Positions 25,295-38,504 of a DNA stretch of 64,000 nt are shown in pieces (the first letter of the stretch is position 1; each line of letters opens with the position of its first letter). The notes under the pieces were generated by a model. The model did not search any database. It was not told where the DNA came from and saw only the letters and a program-made list of their open reading frames with translations. Both the position numbers and the translations under genes were made by a program. The DNA comes from Adineta vaga (lineage: Eukaryota; Animalia; Rotifera). Location: positions 9,734,001 to 9,798,000 of the forward strand of contig CP075496.1 of assembly GCA_021613535.1 (NCBI GenBank), written 5' to 3'.

Positions 25295-26272
25295 ATGGAT
25301 AATGATGAACTTATTAAACGATTAGATTACTTATCCGAACAATTAAATCGTTATTTTGCCTTACTTATTTTTATTTTCGGCATTGTTGGAAATATTCTCA
25401 ATTGTTTCGTTTTATCTCAACGTTCATTACGAACTAATCCATGTGCACTACTTTTTCTTATTTCTTCATTTATTAATCTTATTTCTATTCTAATTGGATT
25501 ATCTACGCGAATCTTAGCTGGTTGGAATCTTGATCCTACTGCAACCATAAGTTGGATTTGTAAACTGCGAGCATTTATTACATTTAGTACACGAACAATG
25601 GCGATCTGGTTAATTCTATTAGCTACAGTTGATCGATGGTTATTATCTTCAATGAATATTCATCGACGACAAATGAGTTCATTAAAAAATGTGAAATTTG
25701 GAATATTATTTTGTATTATTTGGTCAATTATATTTTATATTCATATGTTAGATTGTTATGAAGCTAATCGTATCGATGAACCATTGCGATGTTATGGTAA
25801 AACAGGAGCATGTCATCTTATAACTGATATTATTTATTCAATCGTTACAGTTATACTTCCTTCAATACTTATGATTATTTTTGCTATTTTAATTGTTTCA
25901 AATATTCGTTTACTTCGTATGCAAATTCAAACAGTATCATTAGCAGCATTAATTATTCCACGAAGAACAAAACAATTCAAAATGAAAAAAAACGATCATC
26001 AATTACTTCGCATGCTTCTTGTACAAGTCTTTCTTCTAGTTATTTTTTGTATTCCACAAGCCATACAAAAATTTTATATCACATTTCGATCATCTAAAAC
26101 TTATAGTGAATATGAAGATGCTATAAATCGTTTTTTGTATAATATTGAAGTTTTATTAGCATTTATTGCCAGTGGAATGCCATTTTATTTGTATACATTA
26201 AGTGGAGGAGTAGTTTTTCGAAAGGCATTAATGGATTTAATTGTCATGGTTTATAAAAAAATGAAATGTTAG
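25295..26272 (+). CDS. Rhodopsin-like 7TM GPCR, paralogue 3
   Basis: 325 aa; shares GNILNC, NPCALLFL, TVDRWLLSS, PQAIQK and LLAFIASGMPFY with paralogues 1 and 2. Confidence 0.88.
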   Translation: MDNDELIKRLDYLSEQLNRYFALLIFIFGIVGNILNCFVLSQRSLRTNPCALLFLISSFINLISILIGLSTRILAGWNLDPTATISWICKLRAFITFSTRTMAIWLILLATVDRWLLSSMNIHRRQMSSLKNVKFGILFCIIWSIIFYIHMLDCYEANRIDEPLRCYGKTGACHLITDIIYSIVTVILPSILMIIFAILIVSNIRLLRMQIQTVSLAALIIPRRTKQFKMKKNDHQLLRMLLVQVFLLVIFCIPQAIQKFYITFRSSKTYSEYEDAINRFLYNIEVLLAFIASGMPFYLYTLSGGVVFRKALMDLIVMVYKKMKC

Positions 26273-26698
26273 ATGTAAATTTTTTAATTTTAATTTTAAT
26301 TGATGAATTTCTGTTTAACGCATGAAAATAAAAAGTTATTATTAGTGTTGATTGCTCTATGTGTTTAAAATGCATTATTACACTGCAAATGAATAGAAAT
26401 GTCTGTTAAATATGACATTCATAACTATTAGCTACTTCTTTATTTGAACTAAACGTCTATTACTTATGTCAGAGCTGGGCATCTCAATTCGATTCATTTT
26501 TGAGTTGACATGGATGGAATTCAAGAAGCTTGTCAGAGTTAAGAGGTTCAATTTAAAAAATTTATCAATCAACGAAAAATTTATGAAAATAAGATGTCAC
26601 AATTTCTTTGAAATTACACAATGTAATTTTCTCTATAGTTTACCTCCATTATAACTGTATGTTACAACTTAAGAACAATCAAAAAATATAAATATTTC

Positions 26699-28429
26699 TT
26701 ATCGAATCCATAATCGAATATTATTATGAACTTCTTTTGATTTTGAAATCGAACATGTTATTGGTAGTTGTTGTCGTAACCATTCGATTAGATTTTCGTC
26801 ATCTGTTTGTATTGAATTCTCTTCAATACATCGTACAATTAAACTACGAAGATGTTTCATATTATTTACAAGATCAATTATATTCGTTCGTTTGGCCACC
26901 GTGATAAAAAGTATTTGACATTGTTGACCAAGAGAAGAATATGCTAATTTATCACATTGTTCTTGATTATAAACTATATCTGGTCCTTGAAGATTAAGTT
27001 CACGAATAGTTGAATGATCAATATTAAATAGAAAATTATGTTGAGTAAAGGATGACAATAATTTCAATGAACGAAGTTGTGATGCTTTTTGACATAGTAA
27101 TCGTAAATTTGATTGAATATTGTCAGTATTCATATGGTCATATGAGTCAATTTTTAAAGAATCTAATTGTTCAAGTGATGATACTAACGAATGAAATAAT
27201 TGATCAAAAGGTATTGTGATATCTAAATGACGAATATTATCGAAATGTATTTGTGGTAAAGGTAAATTCTTATATGGAATATATCCATAATATAAATTCT
27301 TTATTGAATTCAATGACCAATGATGAATTTCTTTGGTAACAGTGGATTTCATTTGAACATGTCCGGCAAAGAAGAAATCTTGGAATGCATATGGTAATGT
27401 ATAGATAAGAACAGTTCTTGAATATTCATTTGGTATCCAATTACATTGTACAAACCATTGATGTTTTTGAATCCAAAATTGACTTCGAAATGAATTCAAT
27501 ATTCGATCAATTTCATCTTCTTTATTCTTCTCAGAAGAAATCATAATATTTGTTTTGAATTGAAATTTAATCAAATGTGATAAATATGTCTCAATCATCG
27601 TTTCCCATTCATATCCATTGATAAAAATCGGTTCTATGTCAATTTTGAATTCTTCTAAATTAGGCATGGTTTGTAAAAGATTGTTAAGACTTTGAACAGT
27701 ACCATAAAAAGTTATATTTAATTTCTTAATTGACAAAAATTCAATCATTGAAATATGTGAAGTACTTGATTGATCAACAATTATTATCTTTAGACAAACA
27801 AGATTCAGTAAATTACGTATAAGATAAATCATTTGATTAATATTACAATTTAAATATGGAAGAGATAAATATTTTAAAGATGAAGATTTCATCGATAATA
27901 CTTGACAAGAATATTCATTATCATAAGATATATCCAAATAACAGAAAGTTAATTTTGGTAAATATTCAATGAGATAGATTAGATTAACATCGAAAGTTTC
28001 ATTATATTTTATATCATATCTGGTGATTTTCAAATAATTTAAATTGGTAAGATTGATTAATTGTTCTAAGATAGTGCTTAAATAATGAAATGAGTTAAAT
28101 TGATGAATAGTTAATGATTTTAAATGAATAAATTGGCGAAATGATAAACCATAGAAGAAGAATAAATCAATTTGTTGTGGAGTATTATCATCATCGGAGA
28201 ATCGAAGAGAAGAAATATAATTTGTTATTGATGGAAGATATTTTTGACAAAGAACATCAAAGTTAGATTTTGATATTGATTGAAAATTTACCGTATGACT
28301 TTGAAAATGAATATAAATAAGTTTAGTAAAACGATTATTTAGTTCATAGAAAGATTGAAAAAGATCAATAGTGCTAAAATATTCGAATAAATCAAGTAAT
28401 AATTCATTAGGTAAGGACTCGAACGTCAT
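26699..28429 (-). CDS. F-box domain protein with degenerate LRRs
   Basis: N-terminal FESLPNELLLDLFEY F-box motif; LRR-like repeats; F…FW…HQWFV…YTLPY block; intronless. Confidence 0.85.
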   Translation of the reverse strand: MTFESLPNELLLDLFEYFSTIDLFQSFYELNNRFTKLIYIHFQSHTVNFQSISKSNFDVLCQKYLPSITNYISSLRFSDDDNTPQQIDLFFFYGLSFRQFIHLKSLTIHQFNSFHYLSTILEQLINLTNLNYLKITRYDIKYNETFDVNLIYLIEYLPKLTFCYLDISYDNEYSCQVLSMKSSSLKYLSLPYLNCNINQMIYLIRNLLNLVCLKIIIVDQSSTSHISMIEFLSIKKLNITFYGTVQSLNNLLQTMPNLEEFKIDIEPIFINGYEWETMIETYLSHLIKFQFKTNIMISSEKNKEDEIDRILNSFRSQFWIQKHQWFVQCNWIPNEYSRTVLIYTLPYAFQDFFFAGHVQMKSTVTKEIHHWSLNSIKNLYYGYIPYKNLPLPQIHFDNIRHLDITIPFDQLFHSLVSSLEQLDSLKIDSYDHMNTDNIQSNLRLLCQKASQLRSLKLLSSFTQHNFLFNIDHSTIRELNLQGPDIVYNQEQCDKLAYSSLGQQCQILFITVAKRTNIIDLVNNMKHLRSLIVRCIEENSIQTDDENLIEWLRQQLPITCSISKSKEVHNNIRLWIR

Positions 28430-29634
28430 CTTATTCAAATAAGTATTATTTATATACGAATAAACATGTTTTTGCCAATGTCATGTGGAATATATAGAAA
28501 TTCTTTTTCTGTTCTTCTGCAGAAGGGGAAAAATATGTTTATAGACATCAAGGTCATGCAACAAAAACAATGAGAAAAGATCAAACTTTTTTAGATCGTT
28601 TTCTTAACAATTCAATGATGATAACGTGTTACACGTCGATTGACCTGTCTCTTTTATTATTGTGATGGAATTATTTGATGATTCTCTCTGTATAAACCTA
28701 TTTTAGGTTTCGTATCCGATGCAATTATTAATCGTGATATATCAACCATATTACAATCAGATCGTTGACTAATCGAGAATTGATCTGATTTGTTACTAGA
28801 TCAACAATGTTGAAATCAACAACAAAATCGAACTGATTCAGAAAAAATGCCAACAAGACAAGAATGAATTTTAATTGCACATTTATTAAAACAAAAAGAG
28901 GAGAATTACTATATGAACTATGTGATAATGAAATTTTTCTTTTTAAAAAATACATCTCTGGTCAATATCACTTTGCGTGTATAGAGTGAAAATATAAAAA
29001 ACAGAAGCAATCATGAATTGCAGACAAATAATCTGCTTTTTTTCTATATATTCATTTTAAATCAATCACCTTTGTGTTTAGACTGCACGGCATGAATAGT
29101 CATATGTATTTTAATATTCGATACATACGAAACACGAACAAAGGATTCTCTTTCGTTTGATTCATTTAATCAAAAATGCAGCACGATAAAAAAAATTATT
29201 TGAGCAGTAATTGAGCTGATGTGTTGGCAAGTTTTATAATCTGAGGTCAAAATATTCTGAATTTTGTCAATTCTTTTGATAACAAGCAATATCATTCTAA
29301 AAGAAGTACTTCCATATGAAACCGAGATTGCTACATTCGTCTTTGCATATTATCGACTTATTAACAAGAAGAAACTACGTTAACGAAAGATACAAGGCAA
29401 AATATCGATTAGAAAATGAATTGTATTCATTACATGCCCACGTAATTCCCATTTATACCTTTATTCTTATCTTTCCGAACGACTTTATTTACTCGACGTG
29501 TTTGTTGTTCTATCAATTTCGTTTTTATCATTTTCCCTACGTCAATAGGAAGAATATATTCAGGTATAAATATTGTCATTACGATTATATGATTTATTTT
29601 GACGAACAAATACAACGTTTTATCGACAGTACAA

Positions 29635-30066
29635 ATGATACCTGTTTGGGTAAAATATTTTTTGATTAAAGTAAGATCGAAGAAAGCACAACGTCGTTCT
29701 TATCAACGACCATCACCATCACAATCACAGCCAACAAAAACTCAATCAATTTATGGGAAAACGTATGGGTATGAATATGTTTCGTCTAAGAATGAACATG
29801 AACAAGATAATTCTTTGAATTATACATCGAATGATGTGCAACAAAAACCTAAACGTATACAACAATATTATTTTTATGATCATTTTGATGGAGGATACAG
29901 TACCTGTAGTGGAGCAGAAATGACGTGTGAAACTGAAAACTGTGGTACTAATGATGGTTGTGATACGGGAGATTCATATGGTAGTGGTGGTGATGGTGGC
30001 GGAGATGGTGGTGGTTGTGGTGGAGGAGATGATGGTGGTGGTTGTGGTGGATGTGGAGGTGATTGA
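29635..30066 (+). CDS. Small protein with Gly/Cys/Asp-rich C-terminal tail
   Basis: ORF with ATG at 29635, ending …GGDGGGCGGGDDGGGCGGCGGD*; codon-periodic composition. Confidence 0.6.
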   Translation: MIPVWVKYFLIKVRSKKAQRRSYQRPSPSQSQPTKTQSIYGKTYGYEYVSSKNEHEQDNSLNYTSNDVQQKPKRIQQYYFYDHFDGGYSTCSGAEMTCETENCGTNDGCDTGDSYGSGGDGGGDGGGCGGGDDGGGCGGCGGD

Positions 30067-30677
30067 ACTGATTACTTGCCAATCGATTTTTGTATACTAA
30101 TTTTGTATTATAAAATTTAAAAATGATGATTCCATTCGAGAAAAACATATACTTGTTTTATTATTCTCCAAGTTTTTTCTGTATTTTTGTATTAGTGTAA
30201 TAATCATCAGTATGAGTTTATCGAAAATCAAATTATTTCGATTTGTGAAAAGTTAGAAATCTATTTTCTTAATGATGAAAATTATTTCATACTCAATTAT
30301 AATTCTTAGAACAAATACTGACAGTCAATATAAAATCTATGATTCATATTAATATTAATCGATAACGATCGTTTGTATTCTTTTCGTTTTCACTCGACTC
30401 TCCAAGAATGTTCTACGTTGGAAATTTTGTATATTTTCTGTAAAGAATAAATCGATAAAGTCATTTTATCTTTTTATATCAAGGTAAGTGATATCAATCG
30501 ACTCTTTTTTCCTTCTTATATCATTATATCTGTTAGAATACGGAAATAGATACAGATGAATAATATTGATCGACAGTAACAACAACTGACGTAGAGAAGT
30601 TTAGAACATTTTTCTATGTTTATATATATACATTCATTGTGTTACTGATCTACACAAGTCGTTTTATCTTGGCTAAA

Positions 30678-32427
30678 ATGAATACGATACATCCTAATCG
30701 AGTAGGCAGATACTTTCAGAAACAAAGAAACAATGTTTTTCAATTGATTTCTTTTTGTAGGTTACTTTCACATGTTTACTTTTAATCTCTATCACCTTGG
30801 TACATTCAATTGAAGAGAATACTACATATGAAACAATAACTATTGAAAATGAGAAAGAAATGATTACCGATATTGATGTTATTCAACTTAATGTTGGTGG
30901 AGAATTAATAATGACCACACGATCAACACTCACATGTATTTCGAATTCTACACTTGCTATTATGTTCAATGGGAGATGGGAAAATGAATTAAGTAGAGAT
31001 AAACATGGAAATATTTTCTTTGATTTTAATCCAATATTATTTCATCATTTACTCGAACAATTAAGATTCATTGAGAACGGAAACTCAGTTCTATTCTATC
31101 CGCCATTTTTATCATCATTAAAAACTCCATTTGAAAAAATGTTGAGAAAATTAGGATTGAATCAAATGAAGAAATCTAAAGATGATATTATTGAATTGAA
31201 TATTAGTGGAGAAGTGTTAACAATACGACAGAAAACTTATACTCGATTATCAAATTATACAACTGATCTATTTGTTGATTCAAATCCACAAATCTTCCGT
31301 CAAATAATCAATCAAGTCCGAGAAGAACAAATGAATGAGACAATTGAAGAAATCGACCTTGAGAATACAACGATAGATCTTAATTGTAAGTTCGAATGAT
31401 TTGTTTTAGTTTGTATTACGTTGAATTTATATTTGTTTAGCTGAAACGGAATATGATGATGGGATCTGTACAGATGCTACTTGGAATACAAGTGGTATAA
31501 CAATTGCTGGTGGAAATGGTCAAGGTTCCGGATTAAATCAATTAGATCATCCGATGGGATTATTTATTGATAGAAATGGTTTGGTTTATATTGCTGATAC
31601 TCATAATCATCGAATAGTTAAATGGAAACCAAGAGGTATTCGTGGTGAAATTGTTGTTGGAGCAAGTGCTGAATTGAATGGAAAAAATTATGTATCCAGT
31701 GTCGTTGTTGATAAAAATGAAACAATTTATCTATGTAATCGAGATGAAAATCGTATTGAACGTTGGGTAAAACATGTTGAACAGGGTGAAATAATTTTTT
31801 CAAATATCTCATGTTGGGGATTAGCATTGAATAAAGAAGAAGTTCTATATATATCAGGTCATGAAGATAATCGAATTATTACATGGCCTAGTTTACAAGT
31901 CGTTGCAGGTGGAAATGGTGAAGGTAATGATGACAATCAATTATCAAGTCCTTATCAAATTTTTATTGATAATAAACAATCGGTTTACATAGCGGATTAT
32001 TTCAATCATCGAATTATGAAATGGGTGAATGATTATAAAGAAGGATTACTTGTTGCTGGTGGAAATGGTTATGGTGATAAATTGGATCAATTGAAATTAC
32101 CTCATTCAGTTGTTGTTGATCAAATGGGTACAATGTATATTGTCGATTTTGGAAATGATCGAATTTTACGTTGGTTTAAGCATTCTAAAGTCGGTACGGT
32201 TCTTATTGGGCATGATGGATCAGGAAATAAAGCAAGTCAATTATCGGATCCATATGATATTGCATTTGATAGAGAAGGAAATTTATATGTAGCCGATACA
32301 TCTAATCATCGCATTCAAATGTTTCCTATTGATAAAAGTTTATGTACAAAGAGTAAGTTATTTATTGAAAAATGGATTATTTATCTATTTTTATTTCGTT
32401 TTAGCAGCAAAATCGGATAGACGATAA
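30678..32427 (+). CDS. Signal peptide + KCTD-type BTB/POZ domain(s) + NHL-repeat beta-propeller, 4 exons
   Basis: Exons 30678-30701, 30761-31385, 31441-32352, 32405-32427. IQLNVGG..TTRSTL…FFDFNP.LF (BTB) plus a second partial BTB; NHL repeats (YIADTHNHRI, YIADYFNHRI, YVADTSNHRIQ). Confidence 0.85.
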
Positions 32428-32585
32428 ATTCAATTCGATGTCATTCATGCTATTTAACATCTATGAATTACAGTGAAAGTCTTTTGTCTTGAATATAGAT
32501 ATATTGAATAAATATAATATGATGTTTAAGTGATCTTTCTTAAGAATTTTCGTTTCTGTTCTACTAGAAAAACTTCATCGGAAAG

Positions 32586-34904
32586 TTATGGGTGGTTATT
32601 AGAAAGTGAATGAATTCGTTCATGATTTATTGTTGATGTTGATGGATCTTCATCATCAAATTTTGATGGATTTTGTGGGATAAGCGATGCTGAAGATGGT
32701 ACTCGAATTTGCGGCCGTTTCATTTGAAATAAAGGTGAAGATGGATCTTCAAGAAGTATTTGTGTTTCATCAGCATGTGGAGATATGTCTGGAATTCTTA
32801 AACTAGAAATCAATCAATAATTCCAATCTTGTTTATTTTCAACTCAATTTATTTACTTTCGTAAGATAATCATACCAAACATAGCCAATATATTTAACAC
32901 AAGACAAAGTATAAATACAACAGATATTGAAAAATGCTACAATGACGACAATTAATATAAAAATATTGAAGTCTGATTTGTATTTTCACAACTTACTCCT
33001 AGTAGAACAATAGAAACCATAATAATTTGTGGAATACGTATGAAACTCATTATCGTCACTCGAGCTAAAGAAAACTTGAAGTATGTAAATTATAATTCTT
33101 AACCTGCAAATCTAATTCATACCTTCATTTGGAATATATGAATTTCTTAACATAGAAAGCGATGGACGACCGATGCCAACACAAACTTCATATGCGAAAA
33201 AACTAATCCATATTGTTATAAAAGACTAGAAGAACAATAATAATATCATATAAATCTATAAACCAATCAAATAATCAACTAACTTGAGGGAAAAGAACTG
33301 GTATTAATAATATAATTGCACTTAGCAGATAGATTAATCTAGAAGAATCAGCTTAGAAAAAACGAAGAATTTCTTACGTACAATAATGAATAGTTACATC
33401 ATATATGATTGAATCTGGATTCTTTTCGCAAGCGGATAAAATAACAAAGAACCAATCATATCAAAAAACTGATTTTTTCATTTAGAAAGAGAAACGTATC
33501 AATCAATATTAAAAATTCCTACCATAAAAATAGCAAATATAAATCCAAGTGGTAATTTATTAGAACCAGTAGGACTAACAGCTTGTTGAAGTGTTGGTGT
33601 CCATTCGGTAACAAATATGTGTAGTGATGCTTCGAATAATGCTGTGCACATTCCAAGAATAACAATACGAGGATCTGATAGAAAGAATAATAATGAATAC
33701 ATTTCTATTTATCAGAGCGAGAAAAAATATTTCAATGGGTGACGAGTTTTCTCATTTTTCAACTCGAACTTTCAAGATATGTTAAGATATATGAAATCTA
33801 CTTATAGACCGAATGCTACTAGAATTGTCTTAATCTCTTGACAAAGTGAAAAGAAACAAACCAGCTCGGAGAATGTCAATAGCAGAAATGAATGATGTTG
33901 AAGGTTTTGCTTGTTTATTTCCATAGTTTTCAGGCCAAAACTTCAAGGTAAAGATTATCATCAATGTAAAAAAGACAATTGAAATATTAAATGGAGCACT
34001 ACAATAAATATGCAATTCAGATGCTTGATTTTATAATCAAGTATTTACGCATAATTACTGATTTGAACTAAAAATTGAGCTACAATTCCCATGATTACTG
34101 AAACGAATGCTACACCGACGTCTGTAAAAGAAATAAAACGATTGAATATTGAAATTGTGTTTCTTAAAATTCAACTGACACGTATTTTGTAATATTTGTT
34201 TGAGATATTGATCATCAAGAAGACGCTATAGAAAATCAATATAAAAATTTTGGCCAGAAAATAACATACATTTTGGTGTTCTTGAAAGAGCCAAGATTCA
34301 AATACTGATGAGTAAAAAGCATGAGCTATACCCCATAAGATATTTGCAATGAATATAATCCATATAACAGAAAAGTTCTGAAGAAAAAAAGAAAAGATTT
34401 CATAATGAAAATTATCATTTGACCATAGTTACCAATAAAAAACTCATTAGAATATAGAATAAAGCACAAGCTATACATGCTAATCGACGTCCACTTCATA
34501 AATACATATACTTTACATATTCCTAAGAAAATCTAGAAAAGAGTAACTTACTATCGATCAGCAAGTGAAGCAACGAAAGTACCAATAACTAATGATGATA
34601 TATATCCAATCACGTATAATAATTCCACTGTTGAACGACTGATTCCATAACTTGCAAGAAGAGCATATCGATAGGAACCATACAGATTGTCACCAGCTAT
34701 AATTTTTCAGATAAATGTTTTTTTGTATAATAGAGAAAATCTTAATCGATATATATGCATATACGTATTATTACCTGCTGCAAGTAAATATCCAACTAAA
34801 TAATGCCATTGTAATTGTTTAAAAAGCGAAGACGATGATGCTGAAATTTGTTCTTCACTATTGTCTATGTTTTTCATCACTATCTTACTGTTTCTTTCGC
34901 TCAT
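32586..34904 (-). CDS. MFSD5-like (MOT2 molybdate-anion transporter family) MFS transporter, multi-exon
   Basis: Spliced translation …YLVGYLLAAAGDNLYGSYRYAL…SLADR.GRR…FESW…APF…WPENYG…LFEASLHIFVTEWTPTL…PLGFIFAIFM, the MFSD5 motif series. Confidence 0.8.
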
Positions 34905-35716
34905 ACCAGTAATATACACTTAGACGCACATGTGTTATGCATGAATGACATCGTTTTCATATCACCTCATCCTTCGTATCTTAACTGAGTAGAGAAAAGT
35001 AATGTGTATATGCCAGTGTACATTGGAAACAAATATGATGTAACTTCTATGAATATTTATTTTTCAGTATATCTAGATTTGTGTCGAAATATTACCTCTG
35101 ATACTTCAGGAAAACGATTTTAGAATGTCCGAAATCATCGGATTTCTAATAAGGATGGTGATAGTTTATCAAGAATTGTCGAACTACGAGATGAAAGATA
35201 AATGATATACTAGTTTTCAATCGTATCAACTAAATCATAAATTATCTTCGTAAAATAATCGTGTTATTAGAAAATGCTATAAGGAAAAGAATCGACGTAT
35301 TAATTTTGTTTCCATTTTTTAAAACTGAGAAGTCAAGCAATATTTTTATCGATGCTTGAATGATGATTGATATGCTTAATTCAATAATTTCTTGAAAGAA
35401 GAGCGTTCTAAAAGAACAATTTTATAAATATAAAGTATTCAAGTCATAATTGTAAATAAAAGCTCATTGCGATCAAAGTTTTTTTTTGTCGACATGATTC
35501 AATGTATATTTAATTGACTGAATTTTGTTCATAAAATCAGTAAAATAATACAGTTGTTTCCTATTCAAAATCCATTGTAAAAATACTTTCGAATGATATC
35601 GAAAGTAAAAGATTTCTGATAGACCAATAAAAAAGAAATAAACATCTCAGGTGTTTCATCTCTCTTCCTACTACCGTCTCAGAACAAACAATATGCATAT
35701 TCAACCAAAACTAGAA

Positions 35717-36992
35717 ATGTCTTTGCTCGATACGGAAGATATTTTGTTTTCCGTGCAATATATATATGTAAACGTTTCAATTTAATTACTCAGAATTACA
35801 ATAGATTAAAAATGAACTATAAAAATCTATCAGAAAACAGAAATTTCATCAATTTTGTCGGTTAATATGTTCAGTAAATATTATCTCTTTCACTCGATCA
35901 GATGACGATCATACACTAGGACAAATTGGTTTATTTCTTTCTTTGAATTATATAGAAGATAACACTCGTCTTCAATCTGTAACACTTCTATTCATCTCAT
36001 TTCGAAACAATGACTATATTAGATTGTCAATTAAATGATTTGGAAATGATTAAGCATCAAAATCATTAACATTAGAAAATTCAGAGTGTAACATGGAAAC
36101 AATTGAATTACTTTTAACAATGACACCTTCACTAAGATATTTATTTCTACTAAATAATAATAATGTGGACTTATTTGATGGTACTCGATGGGAGTATTTG
36201 GTCGAAATGAAATTACCTTATTTGAATACATTTCAATTTGCATTTCAAAACGTTATTGATGTAAACTGTGAAGATATGGATTTAGAATCAATTCTGGCTC
36301 CGTTTCAGACATCGTTTTGGTTACAAACGAAACAGTGGTTTGTCACGGCTATAGGTGTTAAAAAAAATCTCCTTGTATGAATCTATTTACATTACCAGAT
36401 GGAGCATCAAAAATAAGATTTTTTCCAATTCATATAAAATATCGCGATCTACTGTGCTGACGATGATGAATGATCGTATAACAATGGGCAATGTACGTGA
36501 ATTAATATTAAATTTAACAGAAATGAGTGAGGTAAATATTGATCGAGAAGTTCTTATGTATTGTCTCAAATTAACTTCGTTACAAATTCAACAATATAGC
36601 CTCTTATTCTGTTTAGACACAAATATCAACACCACCATTGTTCCATAAATTGACCAACCAATTCAGTAGAATTACTTTCATCAATTATTGATCTCTCTAC
36701 TATCCGAGATTTGGTTCTCGAAATCAGCTGTACACCTAGTGATTATGGTTATTGGTTGACAGGTATTAGATCTCTACTTGAACTCACTTCAAATATTCAA
36801 TCATTGATAATACCTACTCAATATGTTGCTATGCAAAATATCTGTAAAATTATATCTAAGCGTATACAACATTTACAAATTGCTGTATGTATATTTAACG
36901 ATGCGAAAATAGTTCTTCAAAGATTGTTGTTAGCAAATTTTCTTTTTTCTTTTCAATACAGAAAAAGATCTAGAAGTGGAAGACGTATATAG
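35717..36992 (+). pseudogene. Fragmented F-box/LRR-family relic
   Basis: Pieces SDDDHTLGQIGLF, DGTRWE…LPYLNTFQF and FQTSFWLQTKQWFV match blocks of the 26699-28429 protein but are split by stops, frameshifts and deletions. Confidence 0.7.
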
Positions 36993-37249
36993 AGTAAACT
37001 TAACTCGTTATGTAGTCTTGTAAAAAGACCAGTCTTAATAAATTTCAATTGAAATTTGAAAAAATAACCGGATATCAACAACATTACCACGTTTTCTATA
37101 TTTATTTCTTTGGTGATATAAAACATATAATCTATATTCTCTGTCGAATTTCATTGGTGCGACAATCATTCCCATATATTTATCAAAGTTTCATCAAGAA
37201 AAAGGTTTTTACTGATAATCAACTATGTAATTGTCATTGAAAAAAGTAG

Positions 37250-37329
37250 TGACAGCGGTGAGATTCGAACTCACGCCCTTTCGGACCGGTGCCTTAAACC
37301 GGCGCCTTAGACCGCTCGGCCACGCTGCC
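37250..37329 (-). tRNA. tRNA-Leu(AAG), copy 1
   Basis: GGCAGCG/CGCTGTC acceptor stem, TGGCCGAGCGG A-box, CCGGT-TTAAGGC-ACCGG anticodon arm, long variable arm, GTTCGAATC B-box, T-run terminator downstream. Confidence 0.96.
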
Positions 37330-37691
37330 TATTTAATCCCATAGTAATACTTATTCTGAAAATAAATCGAAATACCTAACGGTAACAATGAATTTGATAC
37401 ATAACAATTCTCAAATTACATGTACATATTCAGAGAAAAAAAGAAAAAAAAACCATTATCATGTTTCACTAGATATACAAAATAATTGTAATTTAACTAA
37501 TTGTACTTATATAATTAATTGCAAATGAATTCGACTCGTATGAGATGAAATTGAATATCAGTACATATGTTCGATTCTCTCATGGATAAGTATTCTACGA
37601 CTCATTATTACATATTTTTAATGCTCTAGTAGAATCTATTGACAAATCATTGATTGTCTCGTTAATAAACTTGAAATGTGAAAAAAAGTAG

Positions 37692-37771
37692 TGACAGCGG
37701 TGAGATTCGAACTCACGCCCTTTCGGACCGGTGCCTTAAACCGGCGCCTTAGACCGCTCGGCCACGCTGCC
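37692..37771 (-). tRNA. tRNA-Leu(AAG), copy 2
   Basis: Identical to 37250-37329, followed by ctacttttttt. Confidence 0.96.
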
Positions 37772-38504
37772 TATTCAATTCCATAATGATAACAATTCAA
37801 ATAATGTCTGACATATACTCTATTAATCAATGACTAAGAAATCGGAAGAACAGAACAAAATAAAACATACTCTTTTTTTCTTAAATACATGTGTGTATCT
37901 CATTGTAAGACATTGGGTAGTTTCAAACTGAGAATCTTTATTAAACGTATTGATCCTTGAAAAAAAAATCGCTTATGACATCATCTTCGTTATTACATAT
38001 TTTATCTCTGATTGTATTGTTCTTGTTCAAAACTTAGAAAAATGAAGATCGGTCTTATCTATGATATTGTTTAGAGAAGATTTCTTTCTTCAGGTTCCAT
38101 AAATCGATCGTTTTCTTCATCAATATATATATACATATATGTAATTACCGAAGCAATATAAATACTTCCAAACCAGTTCTTTTCTTTCTATTCTATCTCT
38201 AAAGACAAGAAAAGAGCACGTATAACATATGGATTTATTGAATAAATAGCAGCGTGTTTTTTTCGTAATAGGATTTCTATCGATTTCATACTTTGGTCCT
38301 TCATAGACTCATCGAAAAAGTTTGACAAAAATACTTTCGAAAAAAAAGTAGGTATTCTCTCATCTATTTTCATTTACCATCAAATATCGTTCCTTCAGTA
38401 ATAACTCATAAAATAGTTTACCGGTATGACACATTTCTTGTTAATTTGTATATCGTTATGATCTATTGAGAACCGTGATATTTCAGATCGCTTCACTAAT
38501 TTAA

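Noticed and set aside
28800-28990. Short Cys-containing + strand ORF (MNFNCTFIKTKRG…FACIE)
   Set aside because: No consistent exon structure or recognisable motif could be built.
29948-30148. His-rich minus-strand ORF
   Set aside because: Reverse complement of the GGT/GAT-rich tail of the + strand ORF.
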